Source of the DNA: the human T2T-CHM13v2.0 reference genome, Homo sapiens
Length of the DNA stretch: 64,000 nt
Direction: 5' to 3' (one strand)
Assembly: GCF_009914755.1 (NCBI RefSeq)
Contig: NC_060942.1
Below are positions 26,160 through 40,204 of this stretch, piece by piece. The position numbers were made by a program, and so were the translations under genes. Position 1 is the stretch's first letter. Every line of letters begins with the position of its first letter. Under the pieces are notes generated by a model that did no database searches, was not told the origin of the DNA, and saw only the letters and a program-made list of their open reading frames with translations.

Positions 26160-29100
26160 TATTTACCTAAATGATAGGACTCTGACAGAAAGATGGGTGT
26201 TTTTTTCTTCTTACCAAATAAAAAAAAAAAACAGTTTAATTACATTATTTTCAAATGTTTAAGTGCTTATGATGGACACTCCACATGTGATTGGATTCTA
26301 GGGGTTAGTAAAAGAGTACACAGTGCAATTTTCCTGGTGTTTTTATATGTGCTCATATCAAGATGCTACAAGAACCCAAAACAAACTGCCCATAACAGTT
26401 GGCAATGGTTGTGTGTTGTATGCTTTCATCCTCAATCAAAGCCATACAAGTCTCTTCAGAGGTGCAAGGACATGAACAAATACACATACATCACTTACTA
26501 CAACAGACTGAAGTTGTTTCATAAAGGAGTTATGTTTTGCATATAAGAGAGAGGAATATAAATCACTTGTGAGAAGGGCAAGGGTATGGCTTGTGAAATT
26601 CAAAAATAAAGCAACCCAATGTAAGTAATATCAACCTAAGAAATCTGGCATGAGAAATGTAAGGGCAGGAAGTCCTCTTGGTGTGGAGATGCCTGCAGAC
26701 CACGGAGGTCTCTTATTCTCATTTTGTTTGGTTTCCCTTTTTTGCTCCAGCCCAACAGAGTGCTATGGCAGGGTGTCCCCAGGCCTGGCTGTCCACCATT
26801 GGCAGTGATGCTCATGGTGGAAGGCAGCACGTTCCTAGAGCTTCTTGGGCAATGGATATACTTGTGTTGGAAACAACCCCGCCATGGGATTCTGCTCCAT
26901 CCTCAAGGGCTTGCCTTTGCCACCTTTGAGGATCCGGGGGATGTGTCTGTTCTCCTCCCCCACGCAGTATTTCAAGTCCACTGGAAATACAAATGGCCTC
27001 ATTTCATTCTCTGGGGGAAGGAATGGAATATCTGAGCCATGGTTTATTCGATTGGCTTTTAGGTGTTGGTGAGAACAGATGCGAAGTCCTAGTCTCTGGT
27101 CTCGACTAAAGATTCTCTGAATAGAGCTTCATGGGAGCACTCAGTGTTTTTTGTGTTTTCTGATGCTCATAGACATTATTTCTTTAGAAAGGGAGACAAG
27201 AGGCAAGTGGGAAGGATAAAAAAGTAGACAGCAGAAGCGCCAAGCAAAGAGAGGGTAGGCTCTGAGGCCCAGTCTGCTCTCCCCCTGGCTACTTGCCACA
27301 CCACAGAACCAGTCCTGAGACAGCAAGGACACAAATGCATATGAGCAGAAAGCGGAAAAATGCTGCCAGGCCATCCACAAGCAGCCTTCTCTCTGTGCAA
27401 GAGTTTTCAGCTCTTTAGGTCCAGAGGAAACCACTACACTAGAACAAAGCAGTGGGTAATCTCACCAATTTTACACAGCAATTCACAGTCCCTAAAGTAC
27501 TTTAATGCAATGACAGGTTATGAGAAAAAATATCTGTTCCAATGAAGGGAAAGTGTTTTACATAATTGAGAAGAACATCAGTGCAACATTGGTGGAGGTG
27601 GGGGGTGAAGACAGAAAAGGAAGTAGGAAGAGAAGAAAACTTCTGTAATCCCACAGAGAGCCATATTCTACTCTGCAAAAAGCCATCTCCTGGAGACCCC
27701 ATGTCTAAGTAACTGAAAATTGCAAACCATTAATCCCAGTTATGAACAGTTGTTTTACACGAGGGGGGTTTGTGTTAAAAAAAAATCAAATCCACAACAT
27801 ACCTTAAAGCTGAAAAGAAGATCCATCTAGGTATGATACCTTAATAGCGAGGTTTCAAAAACACTTTCTTTACTGTAAAGGGCCCCATCTGGAAGGAGTG
27901 TGCTGTATGTATTTTTTTTCTCTATAAATGTGAAATTAAACTTAGAAAGCTAAAAAACAGACGAGGGCCTTAAAAATTCCCTTCTAGCACTATGTATTTC
28001 TTTTTAAATATGAGATGCCTTTCATTTTACAAGACTGGAATTCTCATTTTGGGCTTGGCACTCTAACAAATGATTAATTCAGCCTCCTTTTTTTCTGAGA
28101 GCTGACCACATTTGCTGGTCAAACAGTTTAATCCTATTTAAAATGCAATCCAAGAAAAATATTTTTAAGTAAAAATAAAAATCCATGATCCTTTGAAACT
28201 GTTCACCTTGGCTAAAGACATTCCATTTTCCTGCAATCTTGATGTAAATTTGAATTTTTGCACCTACATCAATGATGAAATTCAGCTTTGGAGGAAAGCC
28301 AGGGGGAACCTATCTTCCTAGAGTTGAAAAATTAAATTCCCAACCCCAAAACTTATGCCCAGAGATTGCCTTCACTTTTCTAATTCTTTGGCAGAGACCA
28401 TGTCTCGTCTGTGCTTTGTAACACTCTGTTGGCATCGGCAAAATGTTACGTATCAGTGGTCATAAAAACAAAAATGGCATTTGAATGGAAGTTTTGTGAA
28501 ATCTGTTGATTCAAAGATGTTAATCATTTTTACCATGACTTGTTTATTTATAGCCTTTTGTTTCAAACAAATTCTGACAAGCTTTTAAAACTAAGTAAAA
28601 GAGCCAGCACGCTATTTTAAAAAGGAATGAAAAAAAATAACAAGCTTTCCACCACTAATTCACTATGCCATTAGAAACCCGAATTTAAACTGCAGTTGTA
28701 TTTAATTTAAATGAGATGTTTTCTAACTAGATGAAATAGTAGGCAATTGTGGCTCAGAAACAATGCAAGGTGGGAAGAAATAAAGAAATATAAAGATTAA
28801 ATGTGGCTGTTTCTTTCAACAGATGGTGACAGCACCATGGCAGCATGTTGTTTTTTCTTTAGTTGAAGAACACAAACATCCGTAATCAATCATCACTGAT
28901 TAACTAATTATATTACCCTTCCTTTTATCACTTGGGTTGGACCTTTATCCATAAACACTGAGGATAATCGGTATGCTCTTATTTTTCTGGAAGTATATTC
29001 TAGTTCACATACAGTCGTGCAGTTACAGGCTGCAAACAGAATTCTACATTACCGTCCACCTTTAAGCACTATTGCTTTTTTTCATTTTTAATTTTTTTTT

Positions 29101-31163
29101 TTAAACAAAAGCAATTGGTTTCCCACAGGCTGGATAATAAGTCTTTTGACCTGCATTCTTCTTTGACCCATTAAGGTCACCCCTGTGCTCGGGCATATAG
29201 CTGACTTAGGAAATGCCTGCAAGTCCTACATTTCATCTCCTGCCCACTCAAAATAAAGCTTTCTTTAAATGTGTCTGTACGGGTCCCTGAAGGCCAAAGA
29301 GGCATCCCTGTAGTGGGCAATGGAGGGACAGAAGCTTCTGCCTTTATTAATGAATGCAGACCATTATGAGTCTGGCTGGCTCCTTCCCCGTTCCCAGAAG
29401 CATATACTGTACGTGACTTAAAATGCTAGAATATTGACACAAAGCGAGCTGGGCACCCCTAAGGAAAATTACTCCTTGGATATAATGTAGGCTCCTAACA
29501 GCTATTAGAGTACAAAATAAAACCCTCCGGGATCAGACTGACATATACCGCATTCTACCTAGTCCTCAAACATTAGAAGAATTTCTTTGTGAAGGCATTC
29601 TCAAGGACAGCATTAAACTGACTTTTGTAGCAATCTGCAACAGCTTTTTGGCTTAGAGCTTTTAGTACTAAATCTCTGGTTCGAATCAATATAAGTACTA
29701 TATCTTCTACATTAATCAATATATTTGGTTCAATACATGTTCTATTAAATTATACTTTCTAATCAAGATTTTTACATTTCCATCCTCTCTCCTTTTCATT
29801 CCCAACTTCTTATGCTAGTAAAATAGTTTTAAAAGTGTATACAGCTAATGATGACAGGATCCTGGGTTATTTCCCCTGAACGTTAAGAGAAAAAATAGTC
29901 ACAATGGCAAAGGGTGACCTTTAAGCATCTTAATAAGGTTAACAGGATGTGAATGTTAATAAATTAACATTTTCAAAGTCCACACAATTACAAAAGTACT
30001 CATAATTTTCAACTGATTAAAAGTAAATTGCTACGGCTCTGGGAGTACCATTAGGAATTTTCTAAAAATTACACTGAAGACCAAAATCACCCTCAAGTAC
30101 CCTACTTTGCCCACCCCAAAGTTTCTACTGCCCACAACTATATAATTCCTGGCTGAGGAAATCTGGGGTAATTGTGTTTTTATGGACCTTACCAGGTAAA
30201 CATCAGGACCATATCTGTGGATATTGCATTTTTGTGAGCTATGCTATAGTTCAATGCATATTTTTTAAAGGACAAATATACAGTATTTTCCCTAAGTGCT
30301 ATGAGAATCGAAAAGACATATGCATAGTGGATTTTTTTCATAGCCAGGGAAGTTGACTCATAATCTTTACATTTGTAGAATCTGCTAGAATGAAGTTCTA
30401 CTCTTTTATTATGACACAGCAATGGCATTTCCAAATTGTCATGTATGCTTTTGCCCCTCTCTTTAATGCCATGAATGTTGCATTTATGATCATGTTTGCA
30501 CTGACAGAATTTCCCTTTTTATTTTTTCATATGGTAATGTCATCACCATGAACTTACAGAAACACTGATGCATTTTCTTTTGACATTTAACAGTTCACAT
30601 GGGCTTGGTCTGACATCTCAAAGCATTTTCTGGATGACACTAAGCTATATTAAAGCAAAAGGTGAAATGGCATCATCAGAAGCGATCAGAAGAATACAAG
30701 ATATTAAAGAAGGAAAAGGACTATTAGGACATTTGGTTTGTCCCCTTGTAGGAACATAATTGTTTGATAAAGTTTACACACTTAGGCCAGTTTTGAATGA
30801 TTCTGGCAATGAAGTTGCTATCATACCTCCCATAGGAAACAATTTCGCATTCTAATAAACCTCACTGAAGGACATTTTTGTTGTTGTTCTCTGGACATTT
30901 GTGCTAACTACGTCCAGAAAAAGGGTGATCTGAGATAATCCTGAAGGATGAGGACACTGGCATGTTGATGAGTTTATGTTCCAAACACTAGACCATGTAC
31001 CTATAGTATAAAAGTTCATCCATCTCATCCAAAGCAACCTAGAAGACCATCCAGTACACCATTTCTCAGTCATTACATAAAACACATCCCATTCACTTGC
31101 TTGGTTCCAGAGAGGAGCCTGAAAATAGATTTTAGAAGGCCAGTGGGGCTTGCCTTACACAAG

Positions 31164-31387
31164 CAGGGTTTCCCAACCTCAGCACTACTGACATTTGGCG
31201 CTGGACAATTCTTTGTTGCAGGGGGTTGTCCTGGGTATTGTAGGATGTTTAGCAGCATCCTCAGCCACTACTGCCAACATGCTAGTGGCATCTTCCCAGT
31301 TGTGACAAGCAGAAATGTCCCCTGACACTGCCACATATCTCTTGGTGGGAAGCATCTCTCCCACCAGGGAGATATTGAGGAACACTG
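31164..31387 (+). mobile_element. MER20 (full length)
   Basis: cagggtttcccaacctcagcactactgacatttgg...gtaggatgtttagcagcatcc...ccagttgtgacaa...ttgaggaacactg. Confidence 0.88.
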
Positions 31388-34300
31388 CCTTATACTGTTT
31401 GAAAAACACTTGTGCATGAATAAATGAAAGCTGGGAAATAAGGAGGGTTCTGAATTTAAGGGTTTTGAAGAATTTGCAGGGAGGAACTGATCTAAAGGGG
31501 AAGAAGAAATGGTGGTCTATGAGGTGTGTTAAATAGCTGTAATGAGGAGGTCTTGTTAATGACCTGTCTTGTTATTGACAGGTTTAAATTAGAGGTCAGA
31601 CACAGGAACAGGTGGTCATAAGGAAGGTATATAATTGTTTTGAATTTACTTTGTATTGAAAACACATTGAGCTTGCTATACCATGCTTGAGTATGCTACT
31701 TTGTCTTCATTATAAGATGGTATTTTCCCCATTTTAAAAAGAGAACTGCAAAGGGACACATATACCACATGAGACTGTACTGCAGTAAATATATACCGTA
31801 CTGCAGTAAAACGTAGTCAATGGGTGAACGTGGGCAAGTATACAGAAACTGTAGAAAGAATTCTTCTGAGATATATAATGGCATTGTTTATGTAAAGAAC
31901 CAAGTATTTCCAGAAGTGTTCATTCTTTTAGTGACTTATCAAGACCATCCATATACCATTGATGAACAAAGATGGTACGTTTTAGTGGCAATCAACCTAT
32001 GCTGCTTTAGGGATATTTGCAATCTAATAATGTTTAAAGGTACCCAAATATTAAACTCTGGAAATCAGTATTTGGGGAATGGAAAAAACTATCTACTTTG
32101 AAAGAACTACAGAGCCATCATCCTCAATTTGTTGGTCTAGACTCAATGGCAGGTGAATCAACTACACCTGTAAGTAATACTGCAGAGAAAGAAAAAATTG
32201 GTTTCAGAGCTGGGGGTTGGGGGTGGTACATAGCAGCATCTGGTCCAGTATCTTATTTTATAGATGAGAAAATTAAGTCCCAGAGGGTTGAAGCCAACAC
32301 TCAAGGTCTTAGAGTTAGTCCCACGGCTGGGCCAGCTGTACAGATAAAGGACACTCATTGCCATAGCCCAGACCTTCTATCTGGAGAGACAGGGTGCTCT
32401 AGGACACAGAGGAAGGGCCCTTCACCTTATGTCAGAGGCTTTGTTCTTGGAGGAGTCACACATGCCTGGTGCGGGAGAGATGAGGAGGCAGAGGTAAAAA
32501 GGGAGAGAATGGCCCCCGAAGTAGAGGGAAGAGCAGCAGCAAAGCTGAGAACCAGAGGGCAGAAGGCAGGGGGCAGAGGGCAGAGGGCAGGAACTGTGTA
32601 GGAGCTGAGGCATCTGGTGGAGCTGCAGATATGTCCGGCTGTGCCGGGAGGTAGGGAGTCAGTTCAAAAACGGCCTATTTTCACCACATTTTGCTATTTT
32701 CTGCAATATCAAACGAGCTGGAAAAGCCCATGGCGGTTACCATGTACCAAGAATACCCAGTTTGACCTTAGTCTAATGTGAGTCTTCAGAAGACTAAGCA
32801 AAGACTAATTATTTAAATAATGCTAAGTCCTAGTTGCTAACATAGAACAATTCCTAGTATTTTGACAATTAAACATTTTGGAGATATAAAACAAGCCCTT
32901 TAGTCCACCAGCTTCCAAAGGACAAATTCTGCTGTGACGTCATACGTGGGAAATGTTAACATCGTGACAATCCCATTTTCCATTAAGAACTTAAAAACAG
33001 TAGTAAAATTGTAGTTGCAAGCTGACCCCTATCTGTTGTGCATACCTGACAAGCTTGAAAATTTCCCTCTTTGCAACTGACAATAGCGTGCACTATGTAC
33101 TACCTTGAGAGTGGGGGAAAAAGGTGCCGAAAGGGAAGAACAGGCGAAAAAGAGCAAAATGGCCACTGGGAAATATAGTAAAGAGTACGATGTTTATTTT
33201 TAAAAGAAAACAATGAATTGAGCTGTCTGTTTCCATGCAAGAAGCCAGCAGAAAATTTAAATCAAACTATATAAAGCCAGCACCAGTGAGAGGGAGAGTG
33301 TAAAGATTTCACTCAAGATTCTGGAATTGCAGGATTCCAGCGTACTGTGGGACAGAAGGCTTTGATAGGCAATACTGTCTAATAAGATATTCAGGGATTA
33401 AGTCAGTGCTTCACAGACAGATGTGTCCATGTGCCAGTTGTTGCTAAGCTTTAATTTTTTCCCCTGTAATGTTTAATTTATCACACTGGCGCTTTCTAAA
33501 CTAGAACATCTGTAAACAAGGTTAAGAATGACCTCCTTCCAATTTTACATCCATGAACAGTGCCCCTTCTTCGTGCTCTAATTTTAGATACCTTAAAGAT
33601 AAATAAATCTTTGGAAGGAAGAAAAAAGAAGGCTTGTCTGACATTGTAATGTGTTCATCTTGGGCGAATACAAATTTCCTCTCCGCCAGCTCTCGGTGCA
33701 CACAACCAACTCTTGCTGCTGAAGCTATATTCAAGCATCCCCTTCCCAGTCAAACGCAATTAAACAAACTTCTGCTAAATATTTAACAGCCTTGTGTACC
33801 AATTAGCAGCAAATAATGGAAGCTTAAATTGATAATTGCTCAGAAATGTCCTCTTACAAACATTACAAAATTCCAACTCCTCCCTTTTCTCTTAGATTTT
33901 GAATCCCGGAAGGTTTTTGAAGAGAATTTAGTCAGCAAAATTAACTATAATCATATCACTTGGTCAAGATCTCAGAGTTAAGTTTGGCTGTTTTGCAGTC
34001 AGCTGCAAGATTCCACTGGCATCATTTACTTCACTTCCGTGTTTGAAATCCATTGAAATTTAGTTACACACTGAAAGATGGTGGAGCAGGGCATTGATTT
34101 AAAAACTGACTGGCAGGCTTAGGATTTAAACTCTGGTCCACCAGATTCAAAAGGTCATCTGATTAGAATGAGAGAAGCACAGGGCGTTGTAATTTATATT
34201 CAAAGGGTAACCTTTGTAGGAAGAAGGAGGGAGCCAAGACTCTTTCTGCTTTTCCACTTGATAGGGACACGGATTCCCTTCAACCAAATTCCAATAATTA

Positions 34301-34604
34301 TGAAAAATAGTTTATTGAACTTGGGCAAAAAGCAAAAGAAATGCCACTTCCTTGTAGTGTATTATTTCTTTTATTAAAAACACTGCCACACTCCCTAGGA
34401 GGTAAACTCACATTAAGAGTAAGTCAAACATGTTATAAATCATTAAGAATAACAGAAAAACATCTTTCCCCACCGTAAGCCAAAAAAAAAAAAAGCTTGT
34501 CTACTATGGCATATGCTTTGGTAAAGATATATAAAAATAAAACTGTGAAAGGACAATGTATTAATTTAGATAAACTGTGTTAAGTATGAGCCACCTCCTG
34601 AGAG

Positions 34605-34679
34605 GTGTGTGTGCGTGCATGTGTGTGTCTGTGCACATGTGTGCGCACGCGTGTGTGCGTGCGTGTGTGCACGCGCACG
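34605..34679. repeat. Alternating purine-pyrimidine (GT/GC/CA) tract
   Basis: gtgtgtgtgcgtgcatgtgtgtgtctgtgcacatgtgtgcgcacgcgtgtgtgcgtgcgtgtgtgcacgcgcacg. Confidence 0.9.
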
Positions 34680-37600
34680 GGAATATGCCTGTGCGCATGT
34701 CCATTTCCACGCCTAAGCGAGTGTTGCGCAGGGCAAAAAAAAAGAGTTACATACATGCATTGCTTCTACAGGTAAAATTCCTGGTGTTTGCCTTTGATCT
34801 TTCTGTCTCTCTGGGGACTTATTCCTGCATGGAGAATGCAATTAGAAGGAGCCCCAAGTAATTCTTGTTTTAAGATCTAAGCAAGCCCTTTAAAAATGCA
34901 AGTATTTCACAGGCCCAATTCTGTTTGGTTATCCCCTACTTTAAATAAAAAACCCAAGTTTGGAGAAGAGAAAACATTTCACACTCAAGTTTGGTGCTTT
35001 TTTCTTTTTGCCTGTGTGCTTGCTTTTCTTTCTCTTTTCCCTGTATGTTATTGTGTATTGTTGAAAATTTCAGGTCTCTTTCTTTAACGATCCCTCCCCA
35101 CCCCCTAAAATCATCCCGGTTTATTAGCAAGTTCATACAGGCACAAAGAAGTCAGGAATGGTTGGGTGCATTTCCTATTCTCTATTAAACCTGTTCTTAA
35201 GATATATTTTTATTCTTTCTTGTCCACGATTTCCCATTGTCTTATACTCTTTAAGGTCTTAAAATGGCAGAGCTGCCCCCACTCTCTACCCTGCCAAGAA
35301 GAGCTTCTATTTGCTTCAGAAACCCACACGTGAAGTTCCCATTCTCCTCTCACTTCCTGGGCACCTTTTCTGGCTTTACTTCTAGGTCTCTGTGGGACAG
35401 TTTCCTCACCCCTTATGGTGCACAGAGCTACTGGAAAGAGAACCCTTTAATTCCTCCACGCAGAGATGTGCTGTAGCTATGGTGAGAGTAATCTATAACC
35501 CTCACATCCTTAAATAATTTGCTACTCCAAGTTAATTTTAATTCATTACAATAAAGCAATATAATTAAAAAAATCTCTTTAAAGTGAAGTATTTAACATG
35601 ATCCTGAAAGAAAGACAGTCCTGACTAACAGAGGGCCAGGCGGCAGGCATGGTGCAAACTCATGCAAATTCAAAGGTGAGCCGTAAACAAGAACACACAG
35701 CAACACTGCCATGCATAAAGGGCCAGGCAACGGGAGGCCTCATTCTAATCAGTCCTCAAAGGAACCTGCCATACAGAAGTGGCACTTATTCTAATTTAAA
35801 GCCCTCATGCTTGCTTCAGTGTTGCAAAATTTATAAAAGAATAACTTCATTAAACCGCCTGGCATTTCAAACACAAATGCAAACCAGCCACAACACAGAA
35901 GGAGCTGGACAAGAGGAAGAGAAATATTCCCAGAGAGTTGTTAGCTCAGATATTAAAATAGAGTCTGCATTGTGGTGCTTCTCTTTCCGTGCAACTTTCC
36001 TTCACCAATGACTCCTGCCACCGGGCTCTTTACTTCTGTCACAAGTCCTGTTGCTCCTGTGAGTTTGCTTAATAACACTGAAAATCATTCAAAGCGGTTT
36101 GGCGAGCCCAGTCACATGCAGAAATACATCTGGCAGTACATAAATGAACGCTATTCAATGTTCCTTGCCTGGCCTGCAGAGGAGATTGATTCTGAACACA
36201 CCACTATTACAGTTCCCATTTACTTGGGTATATATTTCAGACTCACCTAAGTTGTTGAAAAACTAATGGAAGAAAAAATTTCTTCTCCTTAACCCTGGCA
36301 CTCAAGAAAGAAAACAATAATAAGGGTTAAGTGGAAACAGTCTACTGAATCCACGCACGGCGCAGGAGAAAAGTTATTGTCACATCCTAAAACATATGCT
36401 TTAAAGGGAACTTCTTTTTCTCCCCTGAATCAGAGTCCTAGAAACGCTACAGAAAAATTACTTCAGGCTAGATTCCTAAGCTGCAATGCAGTGTGTGTCA
36501 GAACACACATCATTTCATGCTGAACTGTCAGCATATTTCTCAAAATCATTTTTTTTTGGAATGCAATGAAACGACAAATCTGGAAGCCTGTATAAAACCT
36601 CCAAGCCTCTGAGAAAGTATGTGTCACCCACAAGTTAAACTAAGCATCATGATCTTGAGAGATCCCAGTAATGAACCACTCCTTTCCTGCTCAGTGTTTC
36701 TCATCACCTTAGTGGGCACAAATCTGTGCTAAGATTTTGCTTCAGAGAACACAGTGAGCGTTCAAAAACCTCGAAAATGGTAATCCGTGGATGAATAAGA
36801 GGAAATGGCCTTAGGGTAAGTAAAAGGTGAATCTCTCCAAGGGTTATAAAAGAAAAAGACTGTTTATCCCAGTTGTTTTTCAGAATTCTGGAGTGGGATT
36901 CTTGCTGTTGGTTGGAAGAAAGACCTGTTACAGGGTGCTCAGACCAGGCTGACCGGAGACCAGTTCCACGCAATGGATGTGAAACTTAAAGTTGTCACCA
37001 AAAATTGCAGGATGATAGGAGTCATATTCTTCTTAGGGTAAACAAATATTGAAATGAATTATCTCTTATCCCTATGCAATTGTTTTATAGTGCTGGAAGC
37101 TTTTTATATCCAAATAATGCAATATTTTGGTGAAGGTAAGTTTGTATTCTTTTTTCTCTCCATGAATACAATCGAGCTAATCAGATGGAATGAATGAGCC
37201 AATTCACTTACAGGCAGCCTTTATTATATAATAAAATATGGATTATTGATCTTGTGGAGTTGGCAATTGCATGATGCAAATTCAGTGAAGGAAACCTCCA
37301 ATATTGGAATTTGAGGCTATTTGTATTGACGCTTGAATCTACCTGAACTATTTTCACTTTTGAAAAACCATCAAAATAAAACAACACTAAAACTAATTAA
37401 ACCCAGTGTTCCAAAAAGGACAAAGAAAAGTTAACACAGAGGCCTGGGATGGAAGGCTGGGATGGCCCCCTTATAGGGTATAATCCCTTGTTCTGTTCCA
37501 ACGGAGGGAGAAGAAACAGGCAGGCTCTTTGGGCCTGTCTGTGGAGTAGTGAGTACAAACTTATTTGCTAGACCCAAATGTACTGCCTAGGCAGCTTGCT

Positions 37601-40184
37601 ACAAATCCTACCCAGCCCTGTAATAAGAGTCAGTGTATTGTTGTGGCCCTCACACTTGTGAGGCAGACTTGTTTAAAATACAACACTGGGCTGTCCTAGC
37701 AAAATCCTTTCATCTCTTATCTCTTAAAAAATGCGGTCATCAGCCCGGGTTAGGAGACAGCTCTGAATACAAGGGTCACATGGCAAGGAAAGCCTACACA
37801 GCAAACACTGAAGGGAAGAAAGAACGTGAGCTATGTTATTCAACGTGTATTTACTCACCTCTGTTCTGCCTTCCCGTTCCCCTTATAAATCTGCCCCAAG
37901 ATACGATGGCATGCTGATTGCTATTTGTGCTCTGCTACAAAGTCCAGGCCAGACTGTCTCCTGTATTCCTTATAAACTTCTCCCAGCTCTTCCCTACAGA
38001 GCAAGCACGCCCTTCCTTTTGACAGAGTTCACGTCCTCTCTACCTTTTTATGGGCCACATCCGCGTGCCCCCCACATAGCAGCACAACACAAACATGTGC
38101 CTTTCTCCTCTTATGTTTTTTTTAAGAGTAAAAACAGGCTCTGTGTTTTGGTAGGCATCCCTCCAAAGCATAGGTGAACGTCCATGCGTTATGTTTCCGA
38201 AAACGACGCCAATGAAAGGGAGGGATGAGAGATGCTAAACAATGCCGCACCAAAGTTGCAGACTGTTCGGCTACAGTCCAGAAAATGAATCCAATTTTTC
38301 ATTCTGTCATTATAAATATTTCATTGCAAATGGTACTGATTTTCTGCAACTGTGGTTAAGCAGAGGGCCTCTGTGTGAATATTTAAGAAAAAAAAGAGGA
38401 AGACAACGAAGAAGAGGGAGGCGGGGAGAATTAAAGGTTAGCAACCAATTAATTTCTCACTTGAAATGTAAAAGATTCTGGGAGAAATTCAACAGTGATG
38501 TAGTGTGTGACTCAAAGAAGAAGAAAAAAAAAACATTTACTCTGCTCTTCTTCTGACAGTTTCTCATAAAATATCTGCAGTCCATCTATCTTTTAGTACT
38601 CCGGGCTCCTCTGGAGAGCAGAAAATGGTGGTTTAAAGCTCACTTCAGTGCCAGTCTGCGGGAGATGGCTTTCCACAGGGCCCCCGCTGATGGAGGCCTA
38701 GGGGAAGAGGCCCAGGAGTTATTCAATCAGCCCGAGACTCTGGGGCGGCTGGGGGTCCTTTGAGGGCTGATTATAAAGCTGCCCTCCTGTTGCCTGCCTC
38801 GGAACAGAACGAAATGAGCAGCCTCTTGCTGCGCAGATTCTGAAAGAAGGAATTTCACCTGTCATGGAGTTTGTCAGAATTTCAGGATTTATCTTGGTGC
38901 AAAATTAATAAAATACCAACCAGGATTTCAGGCTGACTACTCAGCTGTGTCATCTCAAAGTGATCTTTCACCCAAGAAAACCTGGACAGTGAACACGGCC
39001 ATTCTTGCCCTACTTTTCCTTTGCAGGATGAACGAGACGATGTGACTAATGCCACCCAAACATCAGAATGAGACCGTGAGCCAATTACACGCGAGGCAGA
39101 ATTATGCGTGGGTGCTGCTGTCTTAATGCATGACCTCTCACCCCGCCGCTGCAGTTCTAAAGCCCCTTTGGAATAAGTGGAGTCTAAGGCATAAAAAGGC
39201 CATTTCTGCAGCTTATAACACAGTAGGTCCCCTATGGCATCACATCTGTTAAATGCATACACTGGTATTTCAGACCCGGATTTGATTTATCTTTTAAAAG
39301 GAGTACTAACAATGGAGTATGGCAAGAATATATACTATGAAACGTTGCACATTAATCTTGGGTTGGCTATGAACGAGGTGCAGTTTCATCCTTTGTTTCA
39401 GCACACGCCCTCTGCATGTCCCATCACCTTCTGGGCTCCCAGCAGAAAGTGGGAGTGCAGAGGGCGGGGGAGGTGGGAGAGAACACAAAGGGATAGGACA
39501 GAGTGGGAACAAACCACCTATTTCTGTGACCCTCTGCCGGCTCTGGGCTGCAACAAGTTTGACCATCTTGGCTTCTTTCACTTTAGACTGTGGCTTGCAT
39601 CGCACAAATCACCACTGCTCTTTTAAGTGAAGTTCTGTACAACCCAGGGGTTTGATCATTTTGAACTGAGACTTGGGTAGCTCCAAGGCAATTAGTTCTG
39701 GTCCTCAGAGTGGGTGGCATCGCATGGCAGATGGCGCCAGTGCGTGGGGTCTGGATTGGCGCTCATGCCACTGGTTGGCCCAGGCCAATGGACAGAGTGG
39801 GCAAGCAGTTCTCAGGACCTTGGTCTCACTCAAGTTCGACTTCCAGAACACTGAACTCAGGTTCAGCACAGGGTTGGTTAGTTTGGGTTGTGATGCACAC
39901 CTTGTTTTGTGTCCCTGGCCTCCATCCACGCTCAGGCCATGGGTCCCTCTTACTCATCGATGATTAGCAGCACAGCCTCGGCTCTCGGAGTCAGCGACGG
40001 GTTTAAGGCATTGCTGCTTCTCTAATTTCTAATCGACATTTTCTAAATGAGACATTAAACAATGCTGTAATACATTCTCCCCAGCTCTTCCCCTAGTTAA
40101 ATGACAATTCTGCTTTGGAGAACCAGTTTTACAATTCAGTAGCAGTCTGACTATACTAACACCAAGAGATCTCAGGAAAAAGTA

Positions 40185-40204
40185 AGAGAGAGAGAGAGAG
40201 AGAG
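40185..40204. repeat. (AG)n microsatellite
   Basis: agagagagagagagagagag. Confidence 0.9.

Noticed and set aside
29641-29695. tRNA-like sequence (tggcttagagc...GGTTCGAATC)
   Set aside because: A- and B-box-like words are present, but there is no acceptor or anticodon stem. At best a decayed tRNA-derived SINE head.
32098-32601. 167-aa ORF
   Set aside because: Non-ATG start, crosses MIR-like sequence and an (AGAGGGC)n repeat, no recognisable protein similarity.
39730-39745. CTCF-like words (atggcagatggcgcc here; acgctaggtggcct at ~45697)
   Set aside because: Mismatches at informative core positions; not supportable without ChIP data.
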